NCBI GenBank assembly: GCA_043826435.1
Contig: JBDRQF010000037.1
Location: 60,186-124,185, forward strand
DNA from: Elusimicrobiota bacterium
Lineage (GTDB): Bacteria > Elusimicrobiota > Endomicrobiia > CG1-02-37-114 > JAHJSO01
Direction: 5' to 3'
DNA length: 64,000 nt
Shown: positions 47,084-56,543 of the stretch, piece by piece
Position numbering within the stretch: position 1 is the first letter of the stretch
How the letters are laid out: each line of letters starts with the position of its first letter
Position numbers and translations under genes: made by a program
Notes under the pieces: model-generated
Told to the model about the DNA's origin: nothing
Seen by the model: the letters and a program-made list of their open reading frames with translations, nothing else
Database searches by the model: none

Positions 47084-47649
47084 TTTATTCGGTTTTTATA
47101 ATGGTCTTTATGGTCGCGATGTTTGCCGTAAGGTTCATTGAACTCAGGTGGTGCGTCGTTTCAAAAGAAAAGGGGAAGGTGAAGGAAAACTGGACGGTGC
47201 CGGTCCTGGGGCTGGCATATTTACTGACGATAACTGCCTCGCTGTATGAATATTTCTCGTTAAAAAGAGAAATCAACGGGATAATTTTTACGGCGGCAAT
47301 TTTTCTTATGTGTGTCAGGTTCGTCTTAAAATACTGGTCTGCGAGGACGTTAGGTGAATATTACAGCCCGCGGGTGGAAATAAGGAATCAACACAAACTT
47401 GTCCAATCAGGACCTTACAGGTGGGTAAGGCATCCGATTTACTTAGCGAGAATAATTGATTCTCTGTCCCTCCCGCTTTTAGCCGGCGCCTGCATCACGG
47501 CATTTTTCTCCGTACTTTTGCACATACTGATTTTACAGGTAAGAATAAACATTGAAGAAAGGGCGCTTGTAGAGGAATTTGGCGACGAGTACGTAAGATA
47601 CCGGCAATCAACCCCTGCGTATATCCCGGGGTTAAGGATTAAACTATGA
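47065..47649 (+). CDS. Isoprenylcysteine carboxyl methyltransferase (ICMT/PEMT) family membrane methyltransferase
   Basis: TLGEYYS, HKLVQSGPYRWVRHPIY, RINIEERAL, FGDEY. Confidence 0.9.
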   Translation: MYEHKLIYSVFIMVFMVAMFAVRFIELRWCVVSKEKGKVKENWTVPVLGLAYLLTITASLYEYFSLKREINGIIFTAAIFLMCVRFVLKYWSARTLGEYYSPRVEIRNQHKLVQSGPYRWVRHPIYLARIIDSLSLPLLAGACITAFFSVLLHILILQVRINIEERALVEEFGDEYVRYRQSTPAYIPGLRIKL

Positions 47650-49013
47650 AAATACTTTTAATCCAGCCGCCGCTCAACCGCAACCTTATCGGGTCAGGGG
47701 TTATGTATCTGAGCGAACCGCTGGCTCTTGAGGTGGTTGCGGCATCCGTCCCTGAGCATGCCGTCCGGATAATTGATATGAGGTTAGACCCCGGATTGCA
47801 AAAATGTTTAAATGAATTTCAGCCGGATGTCGTTGGCATAACCGCCCTGACGCCCGACGTGTATCTTGCATGCGGGATACTTAAGGAAGTTAAAGATTTT
47901 AGGTCTGATATATTTACTGTCGTCGGCGGGCACCACGCGACAATGGTCCCGCAGGACTTCAACAGGGGGTTTGTTGACGCCATCGTTACCGGCGAGGGCC
48001 AGCAGGCGTTCGTCGGCATAGTGGGGGTTCTTGCGTCGGGCAGGGGGAGAGAAGGCATAAAACTGGTAAGAGGCCTGCTTATACCTGAAAACGGCAAACT
48101 CCATGCCACTCCGGAAAGGGAGATGCCGTCTAACCTGGATGATTTCCCTTTGCCTGCAAGGCGCCTCACGCAGGAATACCGGCAGAATTACTTCAGGGCT
48201 TCATGGAGACCGGTTGCATCCCTGATGACTTCGCGCGGGTGTCCGTTCAGGTGTAACTTCTGCGCCGTCTGGAAACACGAGAAGGGCAGGTACAGGGTGA
48301 GGAGTGCGGAGAAAATCCTTGAGGAGATTGAGTCGCTGCAGGAGCCGTACGTAAGTATTTGCGACGACAACTTCCTGCAGGACATCGTGCGGGCGGACAG
48401 GTTGTACCGCCTGATAAAAGAAAACGGCATCCGGAAAAAATTCAAGATTATCGCCCGTTCAGACGTGGTGGTGAAGCACCCCGGCATAATGGAAAAATAC
48501 AGGGAGATAGGCACGGAACTCGTCCTCCTGGGGATTGAGTCGTTCAGGGACGAGGAGTTAAAATCGTTCAACAAGCGTAACACGGTGGAGAACAATGACC
48601 TGGCGATAAATATCCTCCACAAAAACGGAATTACGGTAATCGCGCAGTTTATAATAAAGCCGGAATACACTGAAAGGGACTTTCAGGAACTCGGCGATTA
48701 CGTTGAGAGGATGGGGCTGAAGCACCCGATATTTTCAGTCCTCACCCCGCTGCCCGGCACGGATTTATATCACCAGAGATTCAACGACCTGCTGACGCAC
48801 AATTATGAGTATTATGATTTTATACACTGCGTCCTGCCGACGAAAATTGAGAGGAAGAAGTTTTACAAATGCCTGGCTGATTTATACATGAGGTGTTATA
48901 CCTACGAGGACAGTAAGGGGGAAACGGGTTCGCCGCACCCGGAAAGGATAGTCAACGATAAAATCATCAGGGAACTCTATTCGTCAATACTGGATGCATA
49001 CAATATATCCTGA
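47646..49013 (+). CDS. Cobalamin-binding radical SAM enzyme (HpnR/BchE-like, probable methyltransferase)
   Basis: EPLALEVVAA, PDVVGIT, VGGHHAT; TSRGCPFRCNFC; DDNF, GIES, LTPLPGT. Confidence 0.9.
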   Translation: MKILLIQPPLNRNLIGSGVMYLSEPLALEVVAASVPEHAVRIIDMRLDPGLQKCLNEFQPDVVGITALTPDVYLACGILKEVKDFRSDIFTVVGGHHATMVPQDFNRGFVDAIVTGEGQQAFVGIVGVLASGRGREGIKLVRGLLIPENGKLHATPEREMPSNLDDFPLPARRLTQEYRQNYFRASWRPVASLMTSRGCPFRCNFCAVWKHEKGRYRVRSAEKILEEIESLQEPYVSICDDNFLQDIVRADRLYRLIKENGIRKKFKIIARSDVVVKHPGIMEKYREIGTELVLLGIESFRDEELKSFNKRNTVENNDLAINILHKNGITVIAQFIIKPEYTERDFQELGDYVERMGLKHPIFSVLTPLPGTDLYHQRFNDLLTHNYEYYDFIHCVLPTKIERKKFYKCLADLYMRCYTYEDSKGETGSPHPERIVNDKIIRELYSSILDAYNIS

Positions 49014-49142
49014 AATATTATTTATGTCCTGCCGTTAAAAATTAAAAATAATTTTATATAATAAACATTGGGGGAACATATAAATAGTAATTTTGGCATA
49101 TATATAAAAGTATTAAGTATTTAATGGGATTGGGTATAACAA

Positions 49143-51260
49143 ATGATACACTATTTGCAATGGATTTTTTCCTGCTGTTTGAACGTGGCAATCGGTATAT
49201 TTGTTTACCTGAAAGGCAGGAGACAAAATCTCAATAGAACATTTGCTTTTTTTACGGTTTGTATTTTCGGGTGGTCTTTGGGTGTTCTTGGGCTCTACGT
49301 ATCTCCGGACGCTGAATTTGCAAGGGAATGGGCACGTTTTTCATTTGTCGGTTTGTTTTTTATTCCTTCAGCCGGGTTCCATTTTATGGTTTTGCTGTCC
49401 AAGAAGGATGAGGCGTTCTATAAAAAACCCGTTATCATTTCTTACATTATCTCGGCAATATTTTTCCTGTTGAATATATCGGGGTTTCTGGTGAAAGATT
49501 TTGTAAAGATTGGCTGGAAATACACGCCCGCATTTACCCTCCCATACACTCTGTTCTGTCTCAACCTCCTCTTCTGGATCGGATGGGGTATTGTTTTGGT
49601 ATTCAGTGTGTATAAAACAAGTAAGTCAGCAATATTCAGAAACCAGTTGAAATATTTTATTCTGGGCATAGTCCTCACGCTGTTGTTCGGGCTGGGGAAT
49701 TTTTTGCTTACCGCCGGGTTAAAGGCGTATCCTGCCGGCGGTATGGCGAGTATATTCTGGACGGGTCTTGTCGCCTATGCAATAGTAAAACACAGGGCTA
49801 TGGAGATAGAAATCGTCATCAGGCAGGGAATAATTTACGCCCTGCTGACCGCCATGCTGGTTGGGATTTACTCGCTGGTTGTGGGTATTTTTTATCTGGT
49901 TTTTGGGGGAATGTTCCTTGCCCGGTCTTCCCTTTTTGTTAATGCCGTAACGGCGATGATTATCGCCCTAATGTTTTCTGTCGTGAAAGATAGAATACAG
50001 AATCTGGTTGACAGGTTATTTTTCAGGGAGAGGCACGACCACCAGAACGCCCTTACGGAACTTGCCCGGGAACTTAACGCAATAATTGAACCCGGGAAAC
50101 TTTTTTCTTTTATCATTGATTCAATTACGGGCACAATGCATTCGGAGAGGGCTTTTATAATGCTCATGGACGAGCGGTCAGGGGAATTCAGAATAGTCCA
50201 ATCAAGAGGGATTGACGATGCTTCAGCCAGGGCGATGTCTCTCGCCGAATCCGACGCCATAGTCCGGTGGAGCCGGGAATATAAAAAAATTTTTACGATA
50301 GAGGAGTTTCTGGAACGACCATGTAACGAACCGTTGAATGCGACGGAGCAGTCCCTGTGCAATCTGGCCTCGCTGGTTATACCCCTGATATGCAAGGGGA
50401 AGCATATAGGACTGGTGTTCCTTTCAGAGAAGATGTCGGGCGCGATTTTTAACCGGGACGACATTAATTTTCTGTCCGCAGTGGCGACCCAGGCATCCAT
50501 AAGCGTTGAAAATGCTGGTTTGTACGAATCAATAATAAACATGGAAAAGAAACTCCACCGGGCGGACAAACTCACCGCGCTCGGCACGCTTGCCGGCAGC
50601 GTGGCCCATGAGATTAAAAATCCGCTGGTCTCAATAAAAACGTTTACGCAACTTCTGCCTGCCAGGTTCGGCGACGAAGTGTTCAGGAAGAAATTTGAAA
50701 GGATTGTGTCCGAGGAAATAGACCGCATGGAAAATGTTGTGGGGCAACTTCTGGCATTCAGCAGGAGTTCCGTCACCGGCGGGACGGAGAAGCAGTCGGA
50801 GGACGTCTCAATAGACGCCACAATGGAAGATTTGCTGGAACTGATGAAGTATGAGATTTATAAAAATAAAATCAGGATAATAAAGGATTACGGGGAAAAC
50901 CTGCCTGTGATAAAGGGGAATGCCCGGCAGTTGAAACAGGTGTTTATGAATATAATCCTGAATGCCATACAAGCAATGCCTTCAGGCGGGGATATTACCG
51001 TCGGGATGCATTCGGCAGACAACAACCTTGAAATATATTTTCAGGATACGGGCAGCGGGATTTCCGAAGAAGATATATCACGGATTTTTACCCCATTCTT
51101 TACGACCAAACCGGAAGGGACAGGGCTGGGCCTTTCCATCAGCAAGAGAATAATCCAGGAGCACTCCGGACACATTGCGGCTGGCGCCGCCCCTTCGGGC
51201 GGTACAAGGTTTACGATAAAACTACCTGTGCCCGTACCCCCGGCCCTTGTTTCCGATTAA
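49143..51260 (+). CDS. Sensor histidine kinase: N-terminal 7TM domain + GAF + HisKA + HATPase
   Basis: About 9 TM helices; GAF LVIPL...LSEKMSG; AHEIKNPL; N box, DTGSGI, FTPFFTTK, GTGLGL. Confidence 0.93.
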   Translation: MIHYLQWIFSCCLNVAIGIFVYLKGRRQNLNRTFAFFTVCIFGWSLGVLGLYVSPDAEFAREWARFSFVGLFFIPSAGFHFMVLLSKKDEAFYKKPVIISYIISAIFFLLNISGFLVKDFVKIGWKYTPAFTLPYTLFCLNLLFWIGWGIVLVFSVYKTSKSAIFRNQLKYFILGIVLTLLFGLGNFLLTAGLKAYPAGGMASIFWTGLVAYAIVKHRAMEIEIVIRQGIIYALLTAMLVGIYSLVVGIFYLVFGGMFLARSSLFVNAVTAMIIALMFSVVKDRIQNLVDRLFFRERHDHQNALTELARELNAIIEPGKLFSFIIDSITGTMHSERAFIMLMDERSGEFRIVQSRGIDDASARAMSLAESDAIVRWSREYKKIFTIEEFLERPCNEPLNATEQSLCNLASLVIPLICKGKHIGLVFLSEKMSGAIFNRDDINFLSAVATQASISVENAGLYESIINMEKKLHRADKLTALGTLAGSVAHEIKNPLVSIKTFTQLLPARFGDEVFRKKFERIVSEEIDRMENVVGQLLAFSRSSVTGGTEKQSEDVSIDATMEDLLELMKYEIYKNKIRIIKDYGENLPVIKGNARQLKQVFMNIILNAIQAMPSGGDITVGMHSADNNLEIYFQDTGSGISEEDISRIFTPFFTTKPEGTGLGLSISKRIIQEHSGHIAAGAAPSGGTRFTIKLPVPVPPALVSD

Positions 51261-51319
51261 AATGTAAAACCCGCCGACTAAAGCCATGTATTGCTCCGGC
51301 TCACCCCCCGTTTACGATA

Positions 51320-51356
51320 GCACAAATAATTATGCATTAAGCACACGGCATTGTGC
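51320..51356 (+). promoter_or_regulatory. Paired palindromic activator boxes
   Basis: GCACAAATAATTATGC and GCACACGGCATTGTGC, starts 21 bp apart. Confidence 0.6.
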
Positions 51357-51414
51357 AGTTTATTCATCAGAAAGTCAGCCGCTCAGCGGTATTTATCGTC
51401 CATAAAGCGTCAGT

Positions 51415-51430
51415 TGGCAGAATTTTTGCA
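51415..51430 (+). promoter_or_regulatory. Sigma-54 -24/-12 promoter
   Basis: TGGCAG-AATTT-TTGCA (GG-N10-GC), 43 nt upstream of the 51474 ATG. Confidence 0.75.
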
Positions 51431-51473
51431 TCCTATTTAGTTAGAAAGTTATGCGGTAAAATAAACCCAGAAC

Positions 51474-52031
51474 ATGCATAATAATATATCATCTCATCCT
51501 GACAGCCCATTTTTGGATAATGCCCTTTTGAAGGACAAAGGTTTTCCCGGCGCCCGCGTACTGGTGGTTGACGACGAAAAAAACGTCCGGGAATCCCTGG
51601 AAGAGGCGCTCACGGATAGTTATTGCGTAATGGCCGCCGCTTCGGGTGAAACGGCAATTGAGACGGTAAAAGACAACAGGGTGGACCTGGTACTCCTTGA
51701 TTTAAAACTGCCCGGTATTAACGGGTTACAGACGCTCATGGGAATAAAAAGAATAAAAGATGTCCTGCCCGTAATAATAATATCGGGACAGGGGTCAATA
51801 AAGAGCGTGGTTAAACTGTTTAACTCGGGCGCATGCGATTACATAACCAAACCGTTTGACATAAACCAACTAAGGTTAAAAGTCAGAAAAGCGCTATCAA
51901 TGTCCGGGACAACCTGCGGTTGCATGGAATCGTTTGCAGAGAGCATTGCAGAAGACATACTTAAAGAAACGACGGACCTCAATACGGCAAAAAAGATTTT
52001 TGAGAAAAGATTGAAAAGGATATTCAGATGA
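51474..52031 (+). CDS. Response regulator receiver with short C-terminal helix
   Basis: VLVVDDE, LLDLKLPG, DYITKPF; no output domain. Confidence 0.88.
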   Translation: MHNNISSHPDSPFLDNALLKDKGFPGARVLVVDDEKNVRESLEEALTDSYCVMAAASGETAIETVKDNRVDLVLLDLKLPGINGLQTLMGIKRIKDVLPVIIISGQGSIKSVVKLFNSGACDYITKPFDINQLRLKVRKALSMSGTTCGCMESFAESIAEDILKETTDLNTAKKIFEKRLKRIFR

Positions 52032-53110
52032 ACGAGCCGGATTTGTTAAGTTGTGTACTGCCAACGGTAAACTCTTCGCTCAACATAAAGGATGTCCTGG
52101 AAAAGATATGCGATATTGTAACTGATGTGTTCGGTTTCAGGGCTGTATGGGTAGGGCTTGCCGGTGAAGGCAGGGGAAAATCCATCATTAAGTCGGTTAT
52201 GCAGAAGGGTTTTAATAGAGGATCTTCTGCATCCTTCCCGCTTGTATATCAGAAAGAAACCATCGGTTCCATAAATATTTGTGCCGGTTCAAAAAATGCC
52301 TTCACACCTGCGAGAATTGAACTTATGAAAAAATTTTCCTGTCTCGCAGCGGTTGCCGTAAAAAACGCAAAACTTTTTGAAGAAACGCTAAAAACAAAGG
52401 AACAACTTTTCCAGTCCGAAAGGATGGCGACCGTCGGTTATTTAACCTCAGAACTTGTGCATGAACTGAGCAACCCTCTTACGACTATACTCGGTTATGC
52501 GCAACTAATACAGCAACAGAAATTTTCCGGTCCGTCAAAGGAAGACATAGATAAAATTGTTTCTGAAGCGAAGCGGGCAAAGGAAATAGCGCTTGACTTG
52601 TTAAATTTTGCAAGGAAAGGACTCATGCCTGAGTTGAAAAAAGGCAACATTAACTCTATTGTCAACCAGGTGCTGAATATAAAGAACTACGATATAAACC
52701 AAAACAACGTACGGGTAAAAAAGGAACTTTACGGGAAACTCCCGGACGTAATGCTTGATAGCCGCCAGATTATGCAGGTATTGTTAAACCTGCTTGATAA
52801 CAGCATATACGCCATTTTGGCAAAAAAATCGGCAGGTGAAATAAGGATTAAAACGGAGGTGATAACACGGGGGCAAAGGGAGACCAGCCGTATAGAGTTC
52901 AGTGATAACGGCATAGGCATTCCGAAAGAAAGCATAAACAAAATATTTATGCCCTTTTTTACGACGAAGCCGGCAGGGCAGGGGACGGGGCTCGGCCTGG
53001 CTATATCCAGACGGATAATAGAGCAGCACGGCGGGCAGATGGTTGTTTCAAGTAAACCGAACAAGTACACCACGTTCTATATTAATCTGCCCGCACAACC
53101 TGGATTGTGA
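52028..53110 (+). CDS. Cytoplasmic histidine kinase with abbreviated GAF domain
   Basis: VHELSNPL, NLLDNS, DNGIGI, FMPFFTTK, GTGLGL. Confidence 0.9.
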   Translation: MNEPDLLSCVLPTVNSSLNIKDVLEKICDIVTDVFGFRAVWVGLAGEGRGKSIIKSVMQKGFNRGSSASFPLVYQKETIGSINICAGSKNAFTPARIELMKKFSCLAAVAVKNAKLFEETLKTKEQLFQSERMATVGYLTSELVHELSNPLTTILGYAQLIQQQKFSGPSKEDIDKIVSEAKRAKEIALDLLNFARKGLMPELKKGNINSIVNQVLNIKNYDINQNNVRVKKELYGKLPDVMLDSRQIMQVLLNLLDNSIYAILAKKSAGEIRIKTEVITRGQRETSRIEFSDNGIGIPKESINKIFMPFFTTKPAGQGTGLGLAISRRIIEQHGGQMVVSSKPNKYTTFYINLPAQPGL

Positions 53111-53237
53111 CAGCGGCGGGTATCGTCGTGGAATAAAGAATGGACATCGCGACAGGGGGATTGGGCATAACCGACAAGAGTTCCATCAGGACAGATGGCT
53201 GGATAGCGAAGGTGGAGCAAAGGGAAAAAATATAAAA

Positions 53238-53948
53238 ATGGTATTTGAAGAACAGGCAGGAGAGTTGATAGACGACCTATGCCATGAATTGAGGACTCCC
53301 CTTGCTGTTATAAACTGTGTTCTTGATAACATCTCGTTAAATTTAAGAAAGAAACGGAACGGGAAACAAAACTGTTCCGGATGCATAAAATTTATACGTG
53401 TTGCCAGGCATAATACCCTCCATGCAGTTGAAATTATCAACCAGATTTTAAAATCCCACAGGACGCAATCAAAAAGATTACAACCCGCCAGGAAAAAAAT
53501 CATAATAAGGCAGTTTTTAGCGGATGTATTTTTCGGACTGGGAAACGCCTTCAGACGGAAAAATGTAATTTTACGCAGAGATGTTGACCCACGCATAAGA
53601 TGGGTTTACGCCGACCCGGTATTTTTAAAGCAGATATTGGTCAACCTGCTTACCAATGCAATAAAATTCAGTCCGGCAAACGCGCGCGTGCTGGTTAAAA
53701 TTAACAAAAAAACGAAAAGGATTAACGGGCACGTTAAAAGATTTGTCCAGGTCAGCGTCCATGATAACGGGGTGGGTATTGCCCCGATTCATATAGGGAG
53801 AATTTTTGTCCGGGGTTCCGGTCCTGCCGGGAAAGTTCTTGGGTTGTCCATAGTCCGCTCCCTCGTGGAATGTCATAACGGTAAAATATGGGTAAAAAGC
53901 CGTGAAGGGAAAGGGAGCGAATTTTCTTTTATCCTGCCTGAGGCATGA
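53238..53948 (+). CDS. Sensor-less histidine kinase core, degenerate ATP lid
   Basis: CHELRTPL, NLLTNAIKF, DNGVGI; F and G2 boxes eroded (IFVRGSGPAGKVLGL); start uncertain. Confidence 0.72.
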   Translation: MVFEEQAGELIDDLCHELRTPLAVINCVLDNISLNLRKKRNGKQNCSGCIKFIRVARHNTLHAVEIINQILKSHRTQSKRLQPARKKIIIRQFLADVFFGLGNAFRRKNVILRRDVDPRIRWVYADPVFLKQILVNLLTNAIKFSPANARVLVKINKKTKRINGHVKRFVQVSVHDNGVGIAPIHIGRIFVRGSGPAGKVLGLSIVRSLVECHNGKIWVKSREGKGSEFSFILPEA

Positions 53949-54011
53949 TTAGACACGCCCAAGCCGGTTTATCCGCCGGCACATTTATCTCTACCAATTA
54001 CGCAATGGCTA

Positions 54012-54041
54012 TTGACACATCTCCCCTTTATTTTGTATAAT
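54012..54041 (+). promoter_or_regulatory. Sigma-70 promoter of the HD-GYP gene
   Basis: TTGACA-18 nt-TATAAT. Confidence 0.6.
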
Positions 54042-54077
54042 TTTTCTGCGGTTGTTTGCTAAATACGGGGGTGTACT

Positions 54078-55181
54078 TTGCGAATTTCAGATATAATGAA
54101 GAAAAAGGACGGTGTGGCTACTGATACAGCGGCGCCGGCCTCCGTAGAAAAGGAGACACCGACCTGTAGTCCGCCGAAAGGGACTAAACGGGCCGGGCAC
54201 ACGGACGTAGTCCGTGAGATACAGCAGGTTGAATCCGCCGAGAAGGTCTATGGTGAAGCGGTATCCGTTGCAAGAGGTATCTTTTCAAACATAATTGAAC
54301 AAACCCCTCCTGACATAACCCTGTGCATGAATGTAGTCCATAAGATGATAGCCCTCCATACGGCAAACAACGAAGAACTTGTGGCAATGTGCGAGTACTC
54401 CACTCCTGAGAATTACATATACGGCCATACCGCCAACGTAACGGTGATGGCATTGCTTGTCGGCTCCGGGTTTAACTGCAATCAGGACGATCTTGAAAAA
54501 TTAGGGTTGTGCTGCCTGTTGCATGACCTGGGGATGTCAAAAGTCCTGGACGTGGCTGCGAAAAAATCCCACCTGAGCCCGTCGGAACTGGTTGAAATCA
54601 AACATCATCCGGGATATGTGGAAGAAATACTTGGCAATACGACAATGGGGGCTGAACTAAAAAATTTTGTTGTCCGGATTATAAGCCAGGTGCATGAGAG
54701 GAAACACGGCGGGGGCTATCCTGCCGGTTTATCGGGGGACGACATCCATATATTTGCAAGGATAATAGCGGTTTCGGACGTCTATGAGGCGCTTACGCAT
54801 AACCGTGCATGGAGGGAGAGGTGCCTGCCGCACGAAGCCCTTAAAAAAATGATTGAGATTACCGATACGGACTTTGATACGGACATTGTAAAATATCTTA
54901 TAGAGCGACTTTCCCTTTACCCTGTTGGCAGTTATGTTAAACTTAATACGGACGAAATAGGCAGGGTTGTCGCTTCCAACCAGGGATTACCGACGAGGCC
55001 GAAGGTAAAGGTTTTACTCTCATCCGACTTGAAAAGGGCGGAGCAGGAAAAGGTTATAGACCTCAGCAGGAATACGATGACGTACATAGTTGACCCTGTT
55101 GACGAGACAAAACTTAATTTGCCCGATAAAAAAATGGCGCTTGAATTAAAAGCCCGCCGGTGGTGGGTGAAGAACACCTAA
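54078..55181 (+). CDS. HD-GYP domain protein (cyclic dinucleotide phosphodiesterase family)
   Basis: LLHDLG, HHP, HERKHGGGYPAGL, VSDVYEAL, YPVGSYVKL. Confidence 0.9.
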   Translation: MRISDIMKKKDGVATDTAAPASVEKETPTCSPPKGTKRAGHTDVVREIQQVESAEKVYGEAVSVARGIFSNIIEQTPPDITLCMNVVHKMIALHTANNEELVAMCEYSTPENYIYGHTANVTVMALLVGSGFNCNQDDLEKLGLCCLLHDLGMSKVLDVAAKKSHLSPSELVEIKHHPGYVEEILGNTTMGAELKNFVVRIISQVHERKHGGGYPAGLSGDDIHIFARIIAVSDVYEALTHNRAWRERCLPHEALKKMIEITDTDFDTDIVKYLIERLSLYPVGSYVKLNTDEIGRVVASNQGLPTRPKVKVLLSSDLKRAEQEKVIDLSRNTMTYIVDPVDETKLNLPDKKMALELKARRWWVKNT

Positions 55182-55216
55182 AAAACGGTCGTTACGACCA
55201 GGGGGGTGAAAAAAGA

Positions 55217-55375
55217 ATGAAAACACTTTCAACAATTTGTTTGATTCTCGGGGCAGTGTGTCTGGTGTTAGGTGCTATTTCTACACGAGGAGTTATGCTC
55301 ATGGGTGCGAGAACATGGGCAACAGGCAGCGGGCTTTTTCTCCTGTTGAGTATCGCCATAAACACCCAGAAATAA
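55217..55375 (+). CDS. Small two-TM membrane protein (52 aa)
   Basis: RBS GGGGGTGA; hydrophobic; followed by a hairpin. Confidence 0.6.
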   Translation: MKTLSTICLILGAVCLVLGAISTRGVMLMGARTWATGSGLFLLLSIAINTQK

Positions 55376-55422
55376 TTTTGGTTCTGATTTTCTACTAAAC
55401 CCGTTGTGTCGTTTTCCCTGCT

Positions 55423-55449
55423 CAAAGGGGTTGTCAGACAACCCCTTTG
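55423..55449. terminator. Perfect 13-bp inverted repeat (terminator or REP-like)
   Basis: CAAAGGGGTTGTC-A-GACAACCCCTTTG. Confidence 0.6.
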
Positions 55450-55613
55450 TTACACTATTGATGTTCGCATAATTGAGTGACGCAATCATTTCCGTAGAAA
55501 ACGCCGTCACCCTGATTTGCAAAGTTCAGTAAATGTGAAGGGGGGCTCGTCAGAACTGAAGTTCTTTCGGAGAAACACAGAAAGAACCATTTGAAAATGT
55601 GCGGGGGTAAAAT

Positions 55614-55787
55614 ATGCAGATTAAATTTATAAGCCAACAAATTCCTTCTCCTTTGGACAAAACGGAGAAAACCACAAAAGATGTTTTTAAGATGGCCGGA
55701 CAAATAATGTTCAATTATTATGTTATGGTACTGAAAAAAGATTTCCGGCGGATTAGTAATAAATCTACTGTTACTTTAACAAAATGA
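55614..55787 (+). CDS. 57-aa protein coupled to the NTase gene, absent from the ORF track
   Basis: RBS GGGGG; MQIKFISQQIPSPLDKTEK...VTLTK*; ATGA overlap with 55784. Confidence 0.6.
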   Translation: MQIKFISQQIPSPLDKTEKTTKDVFKMAGQIMFNYYVMVLKKDFRRISNKSTVTLTK

Positions 55788-56299
55788 CAAACATGCCCTA
55801 TACTGATAGGTATTTAGAATTTCTTAAAGCGCTTGATAAACACAAAGTTGATTATTTAATTATTGGCGCATATGCAACCATGATTCATACCAAAGTCGCC
55901 CGTGCTACTAAGGATATGGATACATGGATTAGACAGACAGGAGACAATGCTAAAAGGTTGACTTCAGCCCTGAAAGAGTTTGCGGGGCGGGAAATCCCCG
56001 CGGAAGCGATTTTGAAACGAAATCAACGGATTGAAATAAAGGGCGAAATGTTTAAAATTGAAATATGGACGTCCCAGGAAGTGATTACTTTTGAACAAGC
56101 ATGGGAAAAAAGAAAAGTGGAATCTGTCGGCGGAATAACTTTTAATGTCATATCAAAAGAAGATCTGATAAAACTGAAAAGGCATTTTAATAGACCACAA
56201 GATAAAATGGATCTATCTTTACTTGAAACTAAACTTGACAGGGGTCTGGAAACGCCACATAGAAACCGTAGGGTTTTTTGTAAAAAATCAAATGTATAA
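55784..56299 (+). CDS. Nucleotidyltransferase-fold protein (DUF6036-like)
   Basis: YLIIGAYA, RATKDMD, EDLIKLK, RPQDKMDL. Confidence 0.8.
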   Translation: MTNMPYTDRYLEFLKALDKHKVDYLIIGAYATMIHTKVARATKDMDTWIRQTGDNAKRLTSALKEFAGREIPAEAILKRNQRIEIKGEMFKIEIWTSQEVITFEQAWEKRKVESVGGITFNVISKEDLIKLKRHFNRPQDKMDLSLLETKLDRGLETPHRNRRVFCKKSNV

Positions 56300-56543
56300 A
56301 GATTACTTTAAGTTAATTGAGAAACCATTTGAAAATGTGCCTAATCCTAAATATCTGTATTTATCTCCATCACACGAAGAAGCAATAGCAAGGATACTCT
56401 ATGCAATAAAAGAAAACAAGGGCTGTGCAATGCTTTCTGGTGTATATGGTTATGGTAGTCGGGGAAAACTGGACTGCTTTATGGGATTGCACCCGGGGAG
56501 AGATAAGAATTGGTCAATCCAGCAGGCAGCAACTTTAATCTGA
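56292..56543 (+). pseudogene. 5' fragment of an ExeA/GspA-family ATPase
   Basis: MYKDYFKLIEKPFENVPNPKYLYLSPSHEEAIARILYAI...LSGVYG; breaks off within Walker A. Confidence 0.75.

Noticed and set aside
49094..49110. Third sigma-54 promoter upstream of the 7TM kinase
   Set aside because: TGGCAT is present but there is no GC at the -12 position
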